64,000 bases of DNA from a bacterium (GTDB taxonomy: Bacteria; Zhuqueibacterota; Zhuqueibacteria; Residuimicrobiales; Krinioviventaceae): positions 416,001 to 480,000 of the forward strand of contig CAXXMD010000003.1 of the NCBI GenBank assembly GCA_963675755.2, given 5' to 3'. A program made the position numbers and the translations under genes. Every line of letters begins with the position of its first letter. The first letter of the stretch is position 1. The notes under the pieces were generated by a model. The model worked only from the letters and a program-made list of their open reading frames with translations. It did no database searches and was not told where the DNA came from. Positions 30,018 to 40,199 of the stretch are shown here, piece after piece.

Positions 30018-30794
30018 ATGACAAACGTACGTTTTGTTAAATCAAAAAAGTATGACGACTATGATACCATTTACGCACAATGCAGCGGTCCGGGTGGATT
30101 GCAGCTTGCCGAGTTTCTGGCGGAGAAAATGAAACTGCAATCCGGCAAAAAACTGCTGGACGTGGGCTGCAACCGCGGTTACCAAACATGTTTTCTCGCC
30201 AAAGAATATGATGTGTTCACCGTGGGAATCGATCCCTGGGACGACCGCGAGCAGGGCAATCCGATGGTTGAACATTTTCTGCAAAACGCGGAACACTGGG
30301 GTGTAACGGACAAGGTGCTGGGACTCTATCTCGGCGTTCCGGATACTCCCTTTGCGCGGGCATCATTTGACTATGCCTATTCAACCACAGCGTTAGAGAT
30401 GGTACGCGTCTCGCAGGGCACGGACAAGTACCTGGAATGTATCCGCGATATCTACCGGGTGCTGAAACCGGGCGGCATGTTTGGCCTGGGTGAGCCCATG
30501 CATCTGGATGTTGAAGTACCGCCGGATCTCGATCCCTATATCTCTCGCGGAGAATACCCGTGGAAATCCTGTTTCCGCGACCTCAAAAGCACCATCGACG
30601 AGGTCAAAGCCGCGGGATTCGAAATTGTAGAAGCGGATTACGCACCGGATGCCTGGCAATGGTGGATGGATTTTGCCAAACATGATCCCTTTTGCAAAGC
30701 AGACCCGGACGATGATCCGCTGACCCTGCAAATCGACAACGGTCGCTGGACGAGTTTCGGTTATATCATTGCCCGAAAACCGGAGAATGATTAA
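30018..30794 (+). CDS. Class I SAM-dependent methyltransferase
   Basis: LLDVGCNRG motif I, PFARASFD, RVLKPGG; CAGGAG RBS. Confidence 0.9.
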   Translation: MTNVRFVKSKKYDDYDTIYAQCSGPGGLQLAEFLAEKMKLQSGKKLLDVGCNRGYQTCFLAKEYDVFTVGIDPWDDREQGNPMVEHFLQNAEHWGVTDKVLGLYLGVPDTPFARASFDYAYSTTALEMVRVSQGTDKYLECIRDIYRVLKPGGMFGLGEPMHLDVEVPPDLDPYISRGEYPWKSCFRDLKSTIDEVKAAGFEIVEADYAPDAWQWWMDFAKHDPFCKADPDDDPLTLQIDNGRWTSFGYIIARKPEND

Positions 30795-31079
30795 CTGCAT
30801 CTTGTATTCCCCGTCCCGAGGGGGGTGGCTCCAAGGGACGGGTATTTTATCATATCTATTCGATTTACACCGGTCTATTCTCCTCCTTTTACTGCGTCTC
30901 AACTCCTTAGCCTGTGTGAAAACTAGAAAACAATTGTACTTTTTGGAGTGCAGCGCCTTTATGCGCGTGACCGCCTACCGGCGGTATGCGTCGGGCCGAA
31001 GGTCCGATATATATTTGGCTTCATTTACAATTATTAAGTAATTAATGTGTTATTTTAAATTCAATATTTTCATGAAAAT

Positions 31080-31203
31080 TTACTGCGTCCCAAACTCCTG
31101 TTTGGGACGCAAATGATATTGATAAACTCTGTTTATCTAATTAAAAAAACAGAGTTTATATTTCTAGTGCTGCCCGATCCGTCAGTTGGCGGATAGGTCG
31201 GAG
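31080..31203. repeat. REP/REPIN-like palindromic element, family A copy 1
   Basis: TACTGCGTCCCAAAC-TCCT-GTTTGGGACGC...GATAAACTCTGTTTATC...AAACAGAGTTTAT; related copies at 37034, 40000, 61655, 62632. Confidence 0.85.
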
Positions 31204-31414
31204 AAAACAATGGGAAATACATTTGATATTTTGGTTCATTAATATTTGTTTTTAAATTTTTACAAAAATCATTGCATCTTATCATTAAAAACATTTTATT
31301 TCATTATACTTGATTAATAAAGGGGTTTACGGGGCATTTATATTATCATTTGTTAATTTTATCATAATAAAACAAACTTTAGTGTATTTATTTTACTAAT
31401 GTGGGAGTAAAATC

Positions 31415-32770
31415 ATGAAACACTTTAAAGGGAAAATCACACGATTAATTAAATTAATTAATGAGAAATTTCCAGATAATGATGACTTGTATGGCTTCGC
31501 CGGTATAAACAAAAATCTACTCGTAGTAACTTTTGAGAGTATATACAGCATTGCTTGTGAAATTGATGAAAATAATGAACAATATCAATTTGAAATAATC
31601 GCATTAAAGCGTCTGGGTGCTGATGTGATTGAACAATTTAAAAACTTTATTGACCGAATTGATAATAATTATGAAATCGAAATTGAATTTAACCAATTAC
31701 TGCACAAATTAAGTGACCTATACGAAAAAACAAAAATTGTATATTTTATCATAAATAAAAATGGAATAAGAAATGATATCGAATTAAGCATAATCAAAGA
31801 AAAAATAGAAAATTTTTCTGATGAGGCAAAAAATTTTGAGGAAGTTTTAACACAAATAAAAGAGAAATCTCAAGAAAGCAATAACCTTCTCGAAAATATA
31901 AAAACAGCAGACAACTATGTAAAAGAAGCAGAAGAAAAAATTAAAAAATGGGAATCATCGGCTGAAAATAATTTTAATTCAATTAGCGACACTTATGACA
32001 AAATAAATGGTTGGGATGAAACAATCGAATCATATAAAGACACTATTGAAAGCAATAAAGAAAGAATAAATAATCTATTAACATCATCAGAAAAATTAAA
32101 AAAAGAAATTGATAATTTAATAAAAAATGGAGAAACTGCTTCAACTACTCTTTCAAAAAATGAAGATAAAAACATAAGATTACTTACTGAAATTGAAAAA
32201 ACACTTGCGGATGCAAATAGATTAAGTATGGCGGGTTCTTTCAAAGAAAGGAAAGAGGAGTTGGTAAAAACACAGCGAGGTTGGCAATTAATATTTATTA
32301 TCTCAATTATTATAATTGTATCAATATCTACTTATTTTTTTCTACCACAATTCTTAGGTGAAACTAACCAGTGGGACTCAGTTCCTCTAAAAATCTCAAT
32401 TATATCTCCTCTTATTTGGTTAGCCTGGTTTGCCGCTAGGCAGTATGGTTTTGCATTAAAAGTAAAGGAAGATTATGCATTTAAATATGCATCAGCAATG
32501 GCATATGAAGGTTATAGTAAGGAGACACAAAAGGTTGATCCACAATTAGAAAAAGTATTACTTGAATTCTCATTATACAATATGGCATTAAATCCGATAA
32601 GGTTATATAACAAAAAAGATGAGAACGCTTCTCCGATTGAAGAATCATTAAATATTCTTTCAAAAAAACTACCCAATTTGAAAAAAGCGACGGTAAAATC
32701 TCCAACTATCGGAGAAATATCTGTTGAAGCTGAACCTAAAACAAAAAAAAATCAAGAACCAAACACATAA
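31415..32770 (+). CDS. Coiled-coil protein with two C-terminal TM helices, AT-rich islet
   Basis: Long heptad-rich region, two hydrophobic helices, then FAARQY...EDYAFKYASAMAYEGY; GGGAG RBS. Confidence 0.75.
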   Translation: MKHFKGKITRLIKLINEKFPDNDDLYGFAGINKNLLVVTFESIYSIACEIDENNEQYQFEIIALKRLGADVIEQFKNFIDRIDNNYEIEIEFNQLLHKLSDLYEKTKIVYFIINKNGIRNDIELSIIKEKIENFSDEAKNFEEVLTQIKEKSQESNNLLENIKTADNYVKEAEEKIKKWESSAENNFNSISDTYDKINGWDETIESYKDTIESNKERINNLLTSSEKLKKEIDNLIKNGETASTTLSKNEDKNIRLLTEIEKTLADANRLSMAGSFKERKEELVKTQRGWQLIFIISIIIIVSISTYFFLPQFLGETNQWDSVPLKISIISPLIWLAWFAARQYGFALKVKEDYAFKYASAMAYEGYSKETQKVDPQLEKVLLEFSLYNMALNPIRLYNKKDENASPIEESLNILSKKLPNLKKATVKSPTIGEISVEAEPKTKKNQEPNT

Positions 32771-32815
32771 TAATTTAAATTATTATTAAAATTTTTCTAA
32801 ACAAGAGGTAACAAA

Positions 32816-33043
32816 ATGAAAACTTATAAAAATCTTGGTGGTGACTCTGGTATCATAGCATATGAATTTGGCGCTGATTTCATACGTGTTAAATTTTCTG
32901 ATGGATCATTATATTTATACACACATACAAGCGCTGGCATTCAAAACATTAAAACGATGAAACAATTGGCCCGCAATGGAGAAGGTTTAAACGCTTTTAT
33001 TAATACAACTGTAAAATATAAATATAAAAAAAAAGAAAGATGA
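32816..33043 (+). CDS. KTSC-like small protein
   Basis: YKNLGGDSGIIAYE...IRVKFSDGSLYLY...MKQLA..GEGLNAFIN resembles the KTSC pattern; GAGGT RBS. Confidence 0.6.
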   Translation: MKTYKNLGGDSGIIAYEFGADFIRVKFSDGSLYLYTHTSAGIQNIKTMKQLARNGEGLNAFINTTVKYKYKKKER

Positions 33044-33207
33044 TTTATCAGATACATAAAGAAAAATCAAAATACTCTTTACATTTATTTGTATAGATTG
33101 TTTAAATATTAAACCAATTATTTATATAATCAATTTCTCTTGCTTTATGCACTAAATATTAATATAGTAAATCGATTTTATTACAGTAAATTATTAAAAG
33201 GAAATAA

Positions 33208-33450
33208 ATGAATATAGAGAGTTATTTTCTATGGATAGTGTCCATCGGTATAATTGTTATTCTACTCCGAGAGTTTGTCACATGGTATTACAAACTAAAC
33301 GACATTGTAAGGCAAATAAAGACATTAACTTACCAGCAAGAGCAACAAATTAGACTTGATGAAATGTTTTTAAAAGCTCTATTATTTGGAAAAGAAGAAA
33401 TAAAACAAGAATATGAAAGATATAAAGAAGAGTATGATGAAGAAATATGA
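33208..33450 (+). CDS. Small single-TM hypothetical protein
   Basis: N-terminal TM then REFVTWYYKLNDIV; AAGGA RBS. Confidence 0.6.
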   Translation: MNIESYFLWIVSIGIIVILLREFVTWYYKLNDIVRQIKTLTYQQEQQIRLDEMFLKALLFGKEEIKQEYERYKEEYDEEI

Positions 33451-33503
33451 AAAACCATTTATTATCCTCAACTGTAAACAAAGTTTTTTATTTTAATTTA
33501 TAG

Positions 33504-33932
33504 TATCATAAATTTAAAATCCCAATCGACACATTACAATTCAGCGAAATCCTGCGTCCCTACATCTGGATGTGGGCTGGTGATACCCTCGCTACCCTGA
33601 ACGTCCCCGGTGGATACAAAGAACATATCGATTACTATGGCGAAGGGGTAATTATTGACCTGGTATACCCGGACAGTTCCAGAATATTTTTACATTTCGG
33701 GGGGTTGATGAAGCTACCGTTTTGCAAAGAACCTGAAAACATTGTTTTGGAATCCAAAGAATTATCAGACCGGTTGTACCGTTCTGGCAGAATTAAAGAT
33801 AAAGACTTTTTCTAGCGTGAGGAAAACCACGTAAAAATCGCATTGATGAATATTGGATTCTACCGTGTTCCCCCAAGCCACATTGACCTGTTCAACAAAT
33901 CGCTGGATTCCTTTCAGCTTTTGAAATATTGA
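33504..33932 (+). pseudogene. Gene remnant with internal amber stop
   Basis: Frame open 33504-33812, TAG at 33813-33815 in DFF*REE, continues ...DLFNKSLDSFQLLKY to TGA 33932; no credible 5' end. Confidence 0.55.
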
Positions 33933-33944
33933 TTTTAAAAATCA

Positions 33945-34691
33945 TTAATCGGTTTTAAATGTATTAATAGTAAAGACCGTGCTCAGGTTCTCATTTTCTT
34001 CATCATATACAACCATTAAATATTTTTGCCAGGACTTGAACGGAAAGTACAGCCGCCCGGCAACGCTGTAATTGGGTGGCAATGTTGTCTTTCGCAGGGC
34101 AGTGAATTCCCAAATATCCCGTTCACCTAAAAGCCGGGTTATAACATCGTAATGATAATTTTCATCTTCTATATTGGCAATTTCCCGTTCCTCGTCCTCT
34201 ATTTCTTCCTGTTCAATTTCTTCATCGGTCCGTGGCGAGGCAATGGTGGCCAAATCACTGAAAAGATCTACAATTGTCAAGAGCCCATTTATCCCGGATT
34301 CCTGAATATAACGGGAATCCTCTTTGGATATTGCCAGATCCGTATCTAAAAGCTTTTCCTCCGGATCGATCGGTTTTTGAACAAAGAATTTGTCATACTC
34401 TTGCTTCGCGTTCATATAATATCCATGAAACAATTCGCTGGAGGCGATCATAGGCTCCGGTCCCCGGTTTACAATTTCAACATCGATCACTGCCATATTG
34501 TCCTCAACTCTATCAAAGGCAAGAATCACGTCAACATTGTTTCCAGTCATCTTTATATATTCTTTACCATGAAGCCAGACACGTTCATGCTCATCAGACA
34601 ATGTTTGTAACTTGTAAACTCGGCCCGTCCCTGCCATGCAGGACATCAGGCACAATAACAACAGCATCAAAAAAACAGCACTTTTTCTCAT
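33945..34691 (-). CDS. Hypothetical lipoprotein
   Basis: Lipobox LMSC; acidic helical segment; ALRKTTL...GRLYFP C terminus; GGGGAG RBS. Confidence 0.7.
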   Translation of the reverse strand: MRKSAVFLMLLLLCLMSCMAGTGRVYKLQTLSDEHERVWLHGKEYIKMTGNNVDVILAFDRVEDNMAVIDVEIVNRGPEPMIASSELFHGYYMNAKQEYDKFFVQKPIDPEEKLLDTDLAISKEDSRYIQESGINGLLTIVDLFSDLATIASPRTDEEIEQEEIEDEEREIANIEDENYHYDVITRLLGERDIWEFTALRKTTLPPNYSVAGRLYFPFKSWQKYLMVVYDEENENLSTVFTINTFKTD

Positions 34692-34881
34692 TGCATACTC
34701 CCCGGGATTTTCATGAGCTGCAAAACATTACCTGCCAGCAGTTGCAGTACAATGAAAACAGGTAATCCTCATTATATTATTCATACGCTAATAAACGACC
34801 CAGGTTGCATTTTAAAACAATTGTTTCTGATAATTTCTCTATACGTCCAGGCCCATTAGGTAACGCGGATAGCGTATTTTA

Positions 34882-35180
34882 AATCAGGATAATCCTCAAA
34901 TCCTTATAATCTGGATTAAAAATCAAGGCAATCCTTCAATCCAGTGAATCAAGGTCTTATTTAATCAGGATAATCCTCAAATCCTTATAATCTGGGTTAA
35001 AAATCAAGGCAATCCTTCAATCCAGTGAATCAAGGTCTTATTTAATCAGGATAACCCTCAAATCCTTATAATCTGGGTTTGCTAATCAAGGTAATCATTT
35101 GAATCTGAGTGTGATCGTGACGGAGATCGCTTTGCTTAACTCCGTCACGATCCAATCCTCTAATCCTTGTAATCTGGGTC
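34882..35180 (+). repeat. 81-bp tandem repeat (about 2.7 copies) of AATC-phased subunits, interrupted by a GATCGTGACGGAG palindrome
   Basis: Units start at 34882, 34963, 35044; AATC recurs at 9-8-9-13-9-8-9-16 spacing; palindrome at 35113-35152. Confidence 0.92.
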
Positions 35181-35203
35181 TGGGAAGCAAGGTGATTAAA
35201 ACC

Positions 35204-35232
35204 TTGCATTCAACATCAAATCCTTTTACATT
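35204..35232 (+). promoter_or_regulatory. Sigma-70-type promoter at end of AATC array
   Basis: TTGCAT-17-TACATT; same hexamers and spacing at 37337-37365. Confidence 0.6.
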
Positions 35233-35257
35233 GCTACATTGGAAATTTGAGGAAATA

Positions 35258-35869
35258 ATGACAAAAAAGAACCTGATATTTACCCTAATTCTGTCCATTT
35301 TGATATGCTTTCCCCTGTTATTGGAAGAGTTTCTACCGGGACTGCATAAACTGACCTATACATTATTTGTCTTTACCCCGCTGTTAATGCTGTTTGCTTT
35401 GGGAACGCTGATTTCTATCATTATCATTCTCATCAGAAAATTCAAAAAACGGAAACAGCTCCCGCTGTTTCTGTCCATATGTATCATCTTTGCGTTCATG
35501 CTGGTGTCATCCGCCATCGTAGTCTTTGCACCGGAATCCGAGTTTCCAACCGGCTCCAATTTGATGAAATTCAATCCGGATGTCTGGAAAACCGAAAAAG
35601 CGCAGATATGGCCCGAAAACGGACCCAGCACCCGCGAGAAAATGCTAAAAGATCTGGTAAAAAATGTTCTCCCCGGCAAATCCAGAGCAGAAATAGAAAC
35701 GCTGTTGGGACCGTCACTGGAAACAGACTATTTTCAATCCATAGACAAAGATCTGATCTATTATATGGGCCCGGAACGCGACAATTACATGGCACTCGAT
35801 TCAGAATGGCTGCTGATCTGGCTGGATGAGAATGGAATATTCCAAAAATATAAAATCGTGAACGATTAA
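35258..35869 (+). CDS. Membrane protein with SmpA/BamE-like C-terminal domain
   Basis: Three TM helices then GKSRAEIETLLG...LIYYMGPER...SEWLLIWLD; ATG 35258 follows GAGGA. Confidence 0.65.
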   Translation: MTKKNLIFTLILSILICFPLLLEEFLPGLHKLTYTLFVFTPLLMLFALGTLISIIIILIRKFKKRKQLPLFLSICIIFAFMLVSSAIVVFAPESEFPTGSNLMKFNPDVWKTEKAQIWPENGPSTREKMLKDLVKNVLPGKSRAEIETLLGPSLETDYFQSIDKDLIYYMGPERDNYMALDSEWLLIWLDENGIFQKYKIVND

Positions 35870-35940
35870 TAAAACATCAGTAATGTTTTAACATCATATA
35901 TAATACTCACCCCATTTAACCTTAAACAAGGAGCTTTATA

Positions 35941-36996
35941 ATGAAACGGCATCTATGCTGGTTATATATTCTTTTCTCTACGGTAAATATTTTTGCGCTC
36001 TCAGAACCAGCTGTAGAATTTAGCAAATCCTTTTCAGGATCTGCTGACCCCGGCGGAACGGTAACACTGACCTTTACCCTGACCAATCCCGAAAATTTTA
36101 GCATTAGTGATTTAGCTTTTACCGATGATCTGGATGCCTGTCTAAGCGGACTGGTAGCAACAAACACCCCGCTGAATGATATTTGCGGATCAGGATCACA
36201 GCTCACCGGTACATCTGTTCTTACACTGACCGGGGGAAATCTGGCTGCTGCAATGGAGGTACAGCGTCTTTTGATGTAACACTGGTTATACCAGAAGGTG
36301 CCGCAGCAGGCACCTATACCAACACGACCAGTGAGCTCACCTATTATGGAGTACCTGTATCCGGGCCTGTTACCGCGGACCTGGTTGTCAATGACACTCC
36401 TTTACCTGTACAATTGTATGATTTTCAGGCAATTTACCAGAATAATAACATACAATTGCATTGGACCGTTCAAAATGAAATCGATATTTTGGGTTATACC
36501 GTTGAACGAAAATCCAGCGATTCCCCTTGGAAACAAATTGCTTCATATCAGAACGACAAGAATTTATTATGCAGCAATACCGACCTGGAAAAAAGCTATA
36601 ACTGGACGGATTATAATTTAGAAAACAACAACGATTATATTTACCGGTTATCTCACACCAATATTCATGGCGAGGTTACAATCCTAAAAACAGTTCAAGC
36701 CAATCTCGTTCTGCCCGAACAAGCATATATGCACAACGCTTATCCGAATCCATTCAATCCACAGACTACTATTCAATATCAAATACATAAAGATGCTCAG
36801 GTAGAAATTACAATCTATAATATTCTGGGCGTTAAAGTAAGACAACTGGTCCGGGGACAATATACTGCAGGCAGTTATTACAAAATCTGGGACGGGTACT
36901 TCTGATAACGGAACCCCGCTCCCAAGCGGAGTTTACCTGATCAGGATGCAAACACCGGATTTTCAGCAATTGCAAAAAATTGTGCTCACAAAATAA
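35941..36996 (+). CDS. Secreted protein with DUF11-like domain and FlgD/T9SS-type tail; two apparent frameshifts
   Basis: FSKSF...PGGTVTLTFTLTN...FTDDL; shift near 36245-36251; PLPVQL module and AYPNPFNP; extra G at 36894-36896, after which SDNGTPLPSGVYLIRM...KIVLTK-stop (36996) completes the tail. Confidence 0.7.
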
Positions 36997-37033
36997 AATC
37001 AACTACCATATTATTTTTTCCCATAAAATACTA

Positions 37034-37186
37034 TACTGCGTCCCAAACTCCCGTTTGGGACGTAAATGATATTGATAAACCTCTGTTTATCTACATTAAA
37101 CATTGAAAATAATTTCAGGATAAACAACACATAAACAGAGTTTATGTTTCCAATTCCGTCCTAAACAGGAGTTTGGGACGGAGTAA
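37034..37186. repeat. Family A element copy 2, complete with both inverted arms (153 bp)
   Basis: Left arm TACTGCGTCCCAAACTCCCGTTTGGGACG..GATAAACCTCTGTTTATC; right arm ATAAACAGAGTTTAT..CGTCCTAAACAGGAGTTTGGGACGGAGTA. Confidence 0.88.
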
Positions 37187-37323
37187 ATCCTTTCAATCCG
37201 GGTTATTCATCATGGTAATCCTTTAATCCTGGTAATCAAGGTCGCTTTCAAGCTGGGTCATTAATAATGGCAATCACTAAATCCTTGTTATCAAGGTCTC
37301 TTATAATCCGGGTTCATCAAGGT
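37186..37323 (+). repeat. Degenerate AATC-phased array
   Basis: AATCCTTTC AATCCGGGTTATT CATCATGGT AATCCTTT AATCCTGGT AATCAAGGT..., same spacing as 34882. Confidence 0.8.
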
Positions 37324-37336
37324 CACGAATATCCCC

Positions 37337-37365
37337 TTGCATTCAAGTCCGTTTTCTTTTACATT
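37337..37365 (+). promoter_or_regulatory. Sigma-70-type promoter at end of AATC array
   Basis: TTGCAT-17-TACATT, as at 35204. Confidence 0.6.
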
Positions 37366-37397
37366 ATACTATCGAATAACAACCGAGGGTAGTACAA

Positions 37398-39316
37398 ATG
37401 AAAAAAATGCTCCTTTTATTCGTTCCAATTCTGCTGATCAACTGTTCCAAATCTTTAAAAACCGATTATCCTATACAGCCGGTCCCGTTTACGAACGTCC
37501 ATTTTAACGATTCATTCTGGCAGCCGCGCCTCGAAACCAACCGCACCGTTACCATACCCTTTGATTTCAAAAAATGCGAGGAAACCGGCCGTATCGACAA
37601 TTTCGCCATCGCCGGTGGTCTCAAGGAAGGCAAACACGAGGGCATGCGTTTATAACGATTCCGATGTCTTCAAGATCATCGAAGGCGCGTCGTATTCACT
37701 CAGCATGCACCCGGATCCCGAGCTGGACAAATATCTGGACGATCTCATACATAAAATTGCGGCTTCTCAGGAAGAAGACGGCTATATTTTCACTACCCGG
37801 ACCATTGATCCCACACGCGTTGCAGTTCGTTCAGGAGAAACCCGCTGGTCCTATGTGGCCATGAGTCACGAGTTGTACAACGCCGGTCACATGTACGAGG
37901 CTGCTGTTGCGCACTATCAGGCCACGGGCAAGCGTACGTTTCTGAATGTTGCCATTAAAAGCGCGGATTTGATCGAATCCACATTCGGTCCCGGCAAACG
38001 CATGGAGCCCCCCGGCCATCAGGAGATCGAAATCGGATTAACCAAGCTGTACAGGGTAACCGGAGAAAAAAAAATATTTAAAGCTGGCTAAATTCTTCCT
38101 GGACCAGCGCGGTAACAAAGAAAATCACGATCTGTACGGTGAATACAGCCAGGACCACCAGCCTGTCGTCAAACAAACCTGCCCCACCGGTCATGCGGTA
38201 CGTGCCGGCTATATGTATTCGGCAATGGCAGATGTAGCGGCAATAGAGGGAGATCAGGATTATATTTACGCCCTGGATACTATCTGGCAAAACACCGTCT
38301 ATACCCGTCTTTATCTTACCGGAGGAATTGGCGCAAGACATACCGGTGAAGCCTTTGGCGAAGAATATGAACTGCCCAACATGAGTGCCTATAATGAAAC
38401 CTGCGCCGCCATTGCCAACATGTTCTGGAACCAGCGTATGTTCCTGCTGCATGGTGATGCCAAATATATCGATGTTATGGAACGAACACTTTACAATGGA
38501 TTTCTTTCCGGCGTTTCTCTGGATGGTAACGAGTTCTTTTACCCCAATCCCCTGGAATCGGATGGTTCACACAGCCGCAGTCCCTGGTTCGATTGCGCCT
38601 GCTGCCCCGGAAACGTGGTCAGGTTTCTGCCCTCTCTGCCGGGTTACCAGTATGCCGTCAATCAGGACACCCTGTACGTCAATCTGTTCATAGGCGGAAC
38701 CGCTGACATTGAACTGGATGGGCAATCTATTCAAATCGAGCAAAACACAAAATATCCCTGGCAAGGCACAGTAGAGATCCTGCCGCAGCCGGCAAACAGC
38801 AGAGAATTTACACTATCCGTTCGTATTCCCGGGTGGGCCATAAACGCACCTGTTCCCGGAGACCTGTATCATTTCTTAACCGAATCCAATGCGAAACCAA
38901 CACTCCGGGTAAACGGAGAATTCGTAAACTATGACCTGCGCAAGGGATACGCGGATATCTCCCGGCAATGGCAAAAAGGCGATATTGTAACGCTGGAACT
39001 GCCCATGCCTGTCCGAAAAGTCCTGAGTAATGACAAGGTGGATGAAGACCGCGGCAAGCTTGCCCTGCAGCGCGGACCGCTGGTCTATTGCGCGGAATGG
39101 GTGGATAATGACGGACACGCACGTGATCTGCTCGTCCCCCAAAACACAGATTTTACCATAAACGCCCAACCCGATCTGCTGCATGGAATATATACCATCA
39201 CCGGACCGGTTAAATTACAAAACGGACGCAAACAGACCTTGACAGCCATCCCCTATTACGCATGGGCACACCGAGGCTCCGGCGACATGGCGGTTTGGAT
39301 GAAATATGAGGATTAA
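37398..39316 (+). CDS. GH127 beta-L-arabinofuranosidase-like lipoprotein, split by two apparent frameshifts
   Basis: NDSDVFK, HELYNAGH, GHQEIE, GHAVRA, YNETCAA, WFDCACCP, RGPLVYCAE, IPYYAWAHRG across three ORFs; extra T at 37649-37651 and extra A in A9 at 38066-38074. Confidence 0.88.
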
Positions 39317-39364
39317 ATATATCGTGATGGAGTAATTAACAATCACCACCGATTTGGAGGGATT

Positions 39365-39874
39365 ATGAAATACTTTATATATATAATATTATTAGCATTC
39401 TCTGTTATTTCCTGTAATAACGGTGGCGAATCGCTTTCTACCCATACAGCCAATTGGGAAAAGAGAACCATTGATCATGCTCTGAGCAGCTCGCTTGAAT
39501 CAGGATCATCTTATTTATCCGTTTATTCAGAGATATATAACAGGAGTGAGCATAGAACATATGACCTGACAGCAACGATCAGCATTAGAAATGTAAACAG
39601 AGCAGATACCATCTTTATCGAAAAAGCAGAATATTTTGACACGGTCGGAAACTCGATCAGGACCTATTTCAACAAACCGATTTACCTGACACCAATGGAA
39701 ACTGTCGAGATTGTTATTGACGACAAGGACAAAGCAGGCGGCACCGGTGCCAACATTGTATTCGACTGGAAAATAAAACCCGGATCCAACCCTCCCCTGT
39801 TTGAAGGGGTCATGATCTCTACCTATGGTCAGCAAGGCTTGTCTTTTACCACACAGGGAATCCGGATCCATTAA
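39365..39874 (+). CDS. DUF3124-family lipoprotein
   Basis: Lipobox ISC; YLSVYSEIY, LTATISIRN, GGTGANIVFDW, GLSFTTQG. Confidence 0.8.
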   Translation: MKYFIYIILLAFSVISCNNGGESLSTHTANWEKRTIDHALSSSLESGSSYLSVYSEIYNRSEHRTYDLTATISIRNVNRADTIFIEKAEYFDTVGNSIRTYFNKPIYLTPMETVEIVIDDKDKAGGTGANIVFDWKIKPGSNPPLFEGVMISTYGQQGLSFTTQGIRIH

Positions 39875-39893
39875 CTATTGGGTTACCATAACA

Positions 39894-40199
39894 CGTGACA
39901 AAGAACGCGCTGCGAATCTCCGTCACGATCAATCTAATCAAAAACCGGTTGCTGAGTAGGACGTCCAAAGGACATACGTATCGAAGCACCGGTGATGTAT
40001 TCCGATAAAACAGGAGTTTGGGGGTCGAGTAGGTATTACACATAAACAGAGTTTATGCAATCAGTTCCGTCCAAAACAGTAGTTTTGGACGGAGTAATTG
40101 TGGCGGGTCGGACAGATAAATCAGGGTAATCCTTAAATCTTATTAATCAGGGTAAATAATCAAAGTAATCCTCTAATCCTTTTAATCAAGGTTTCTTTT
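39894..40199. repeat. Mosaic of repeats: family B palindrome, two family A right arms, one 81-bp AATC unit
   Basis: CTCCGTCACGATC ends 39930; AAACAGGAGTTTGGG and ATAAACAGAGTTTAT..CCGTCCAAAACAGTAGTTTTGGACGGAGTA at 40000-40097; AATC unit 40119-40199. Confidence 0.85.

Noticed and set aside
33813-33815. Pyrrolysine or stop-codon recoding
   Set aside because: Single case in a 5'-truncated remnant; other genes end normally at TAG and no pyl genes are seen.
34882-35180. CRISPR array
   Set aside because: Units repeat in full with no unique spacers, and no cas genes are present.
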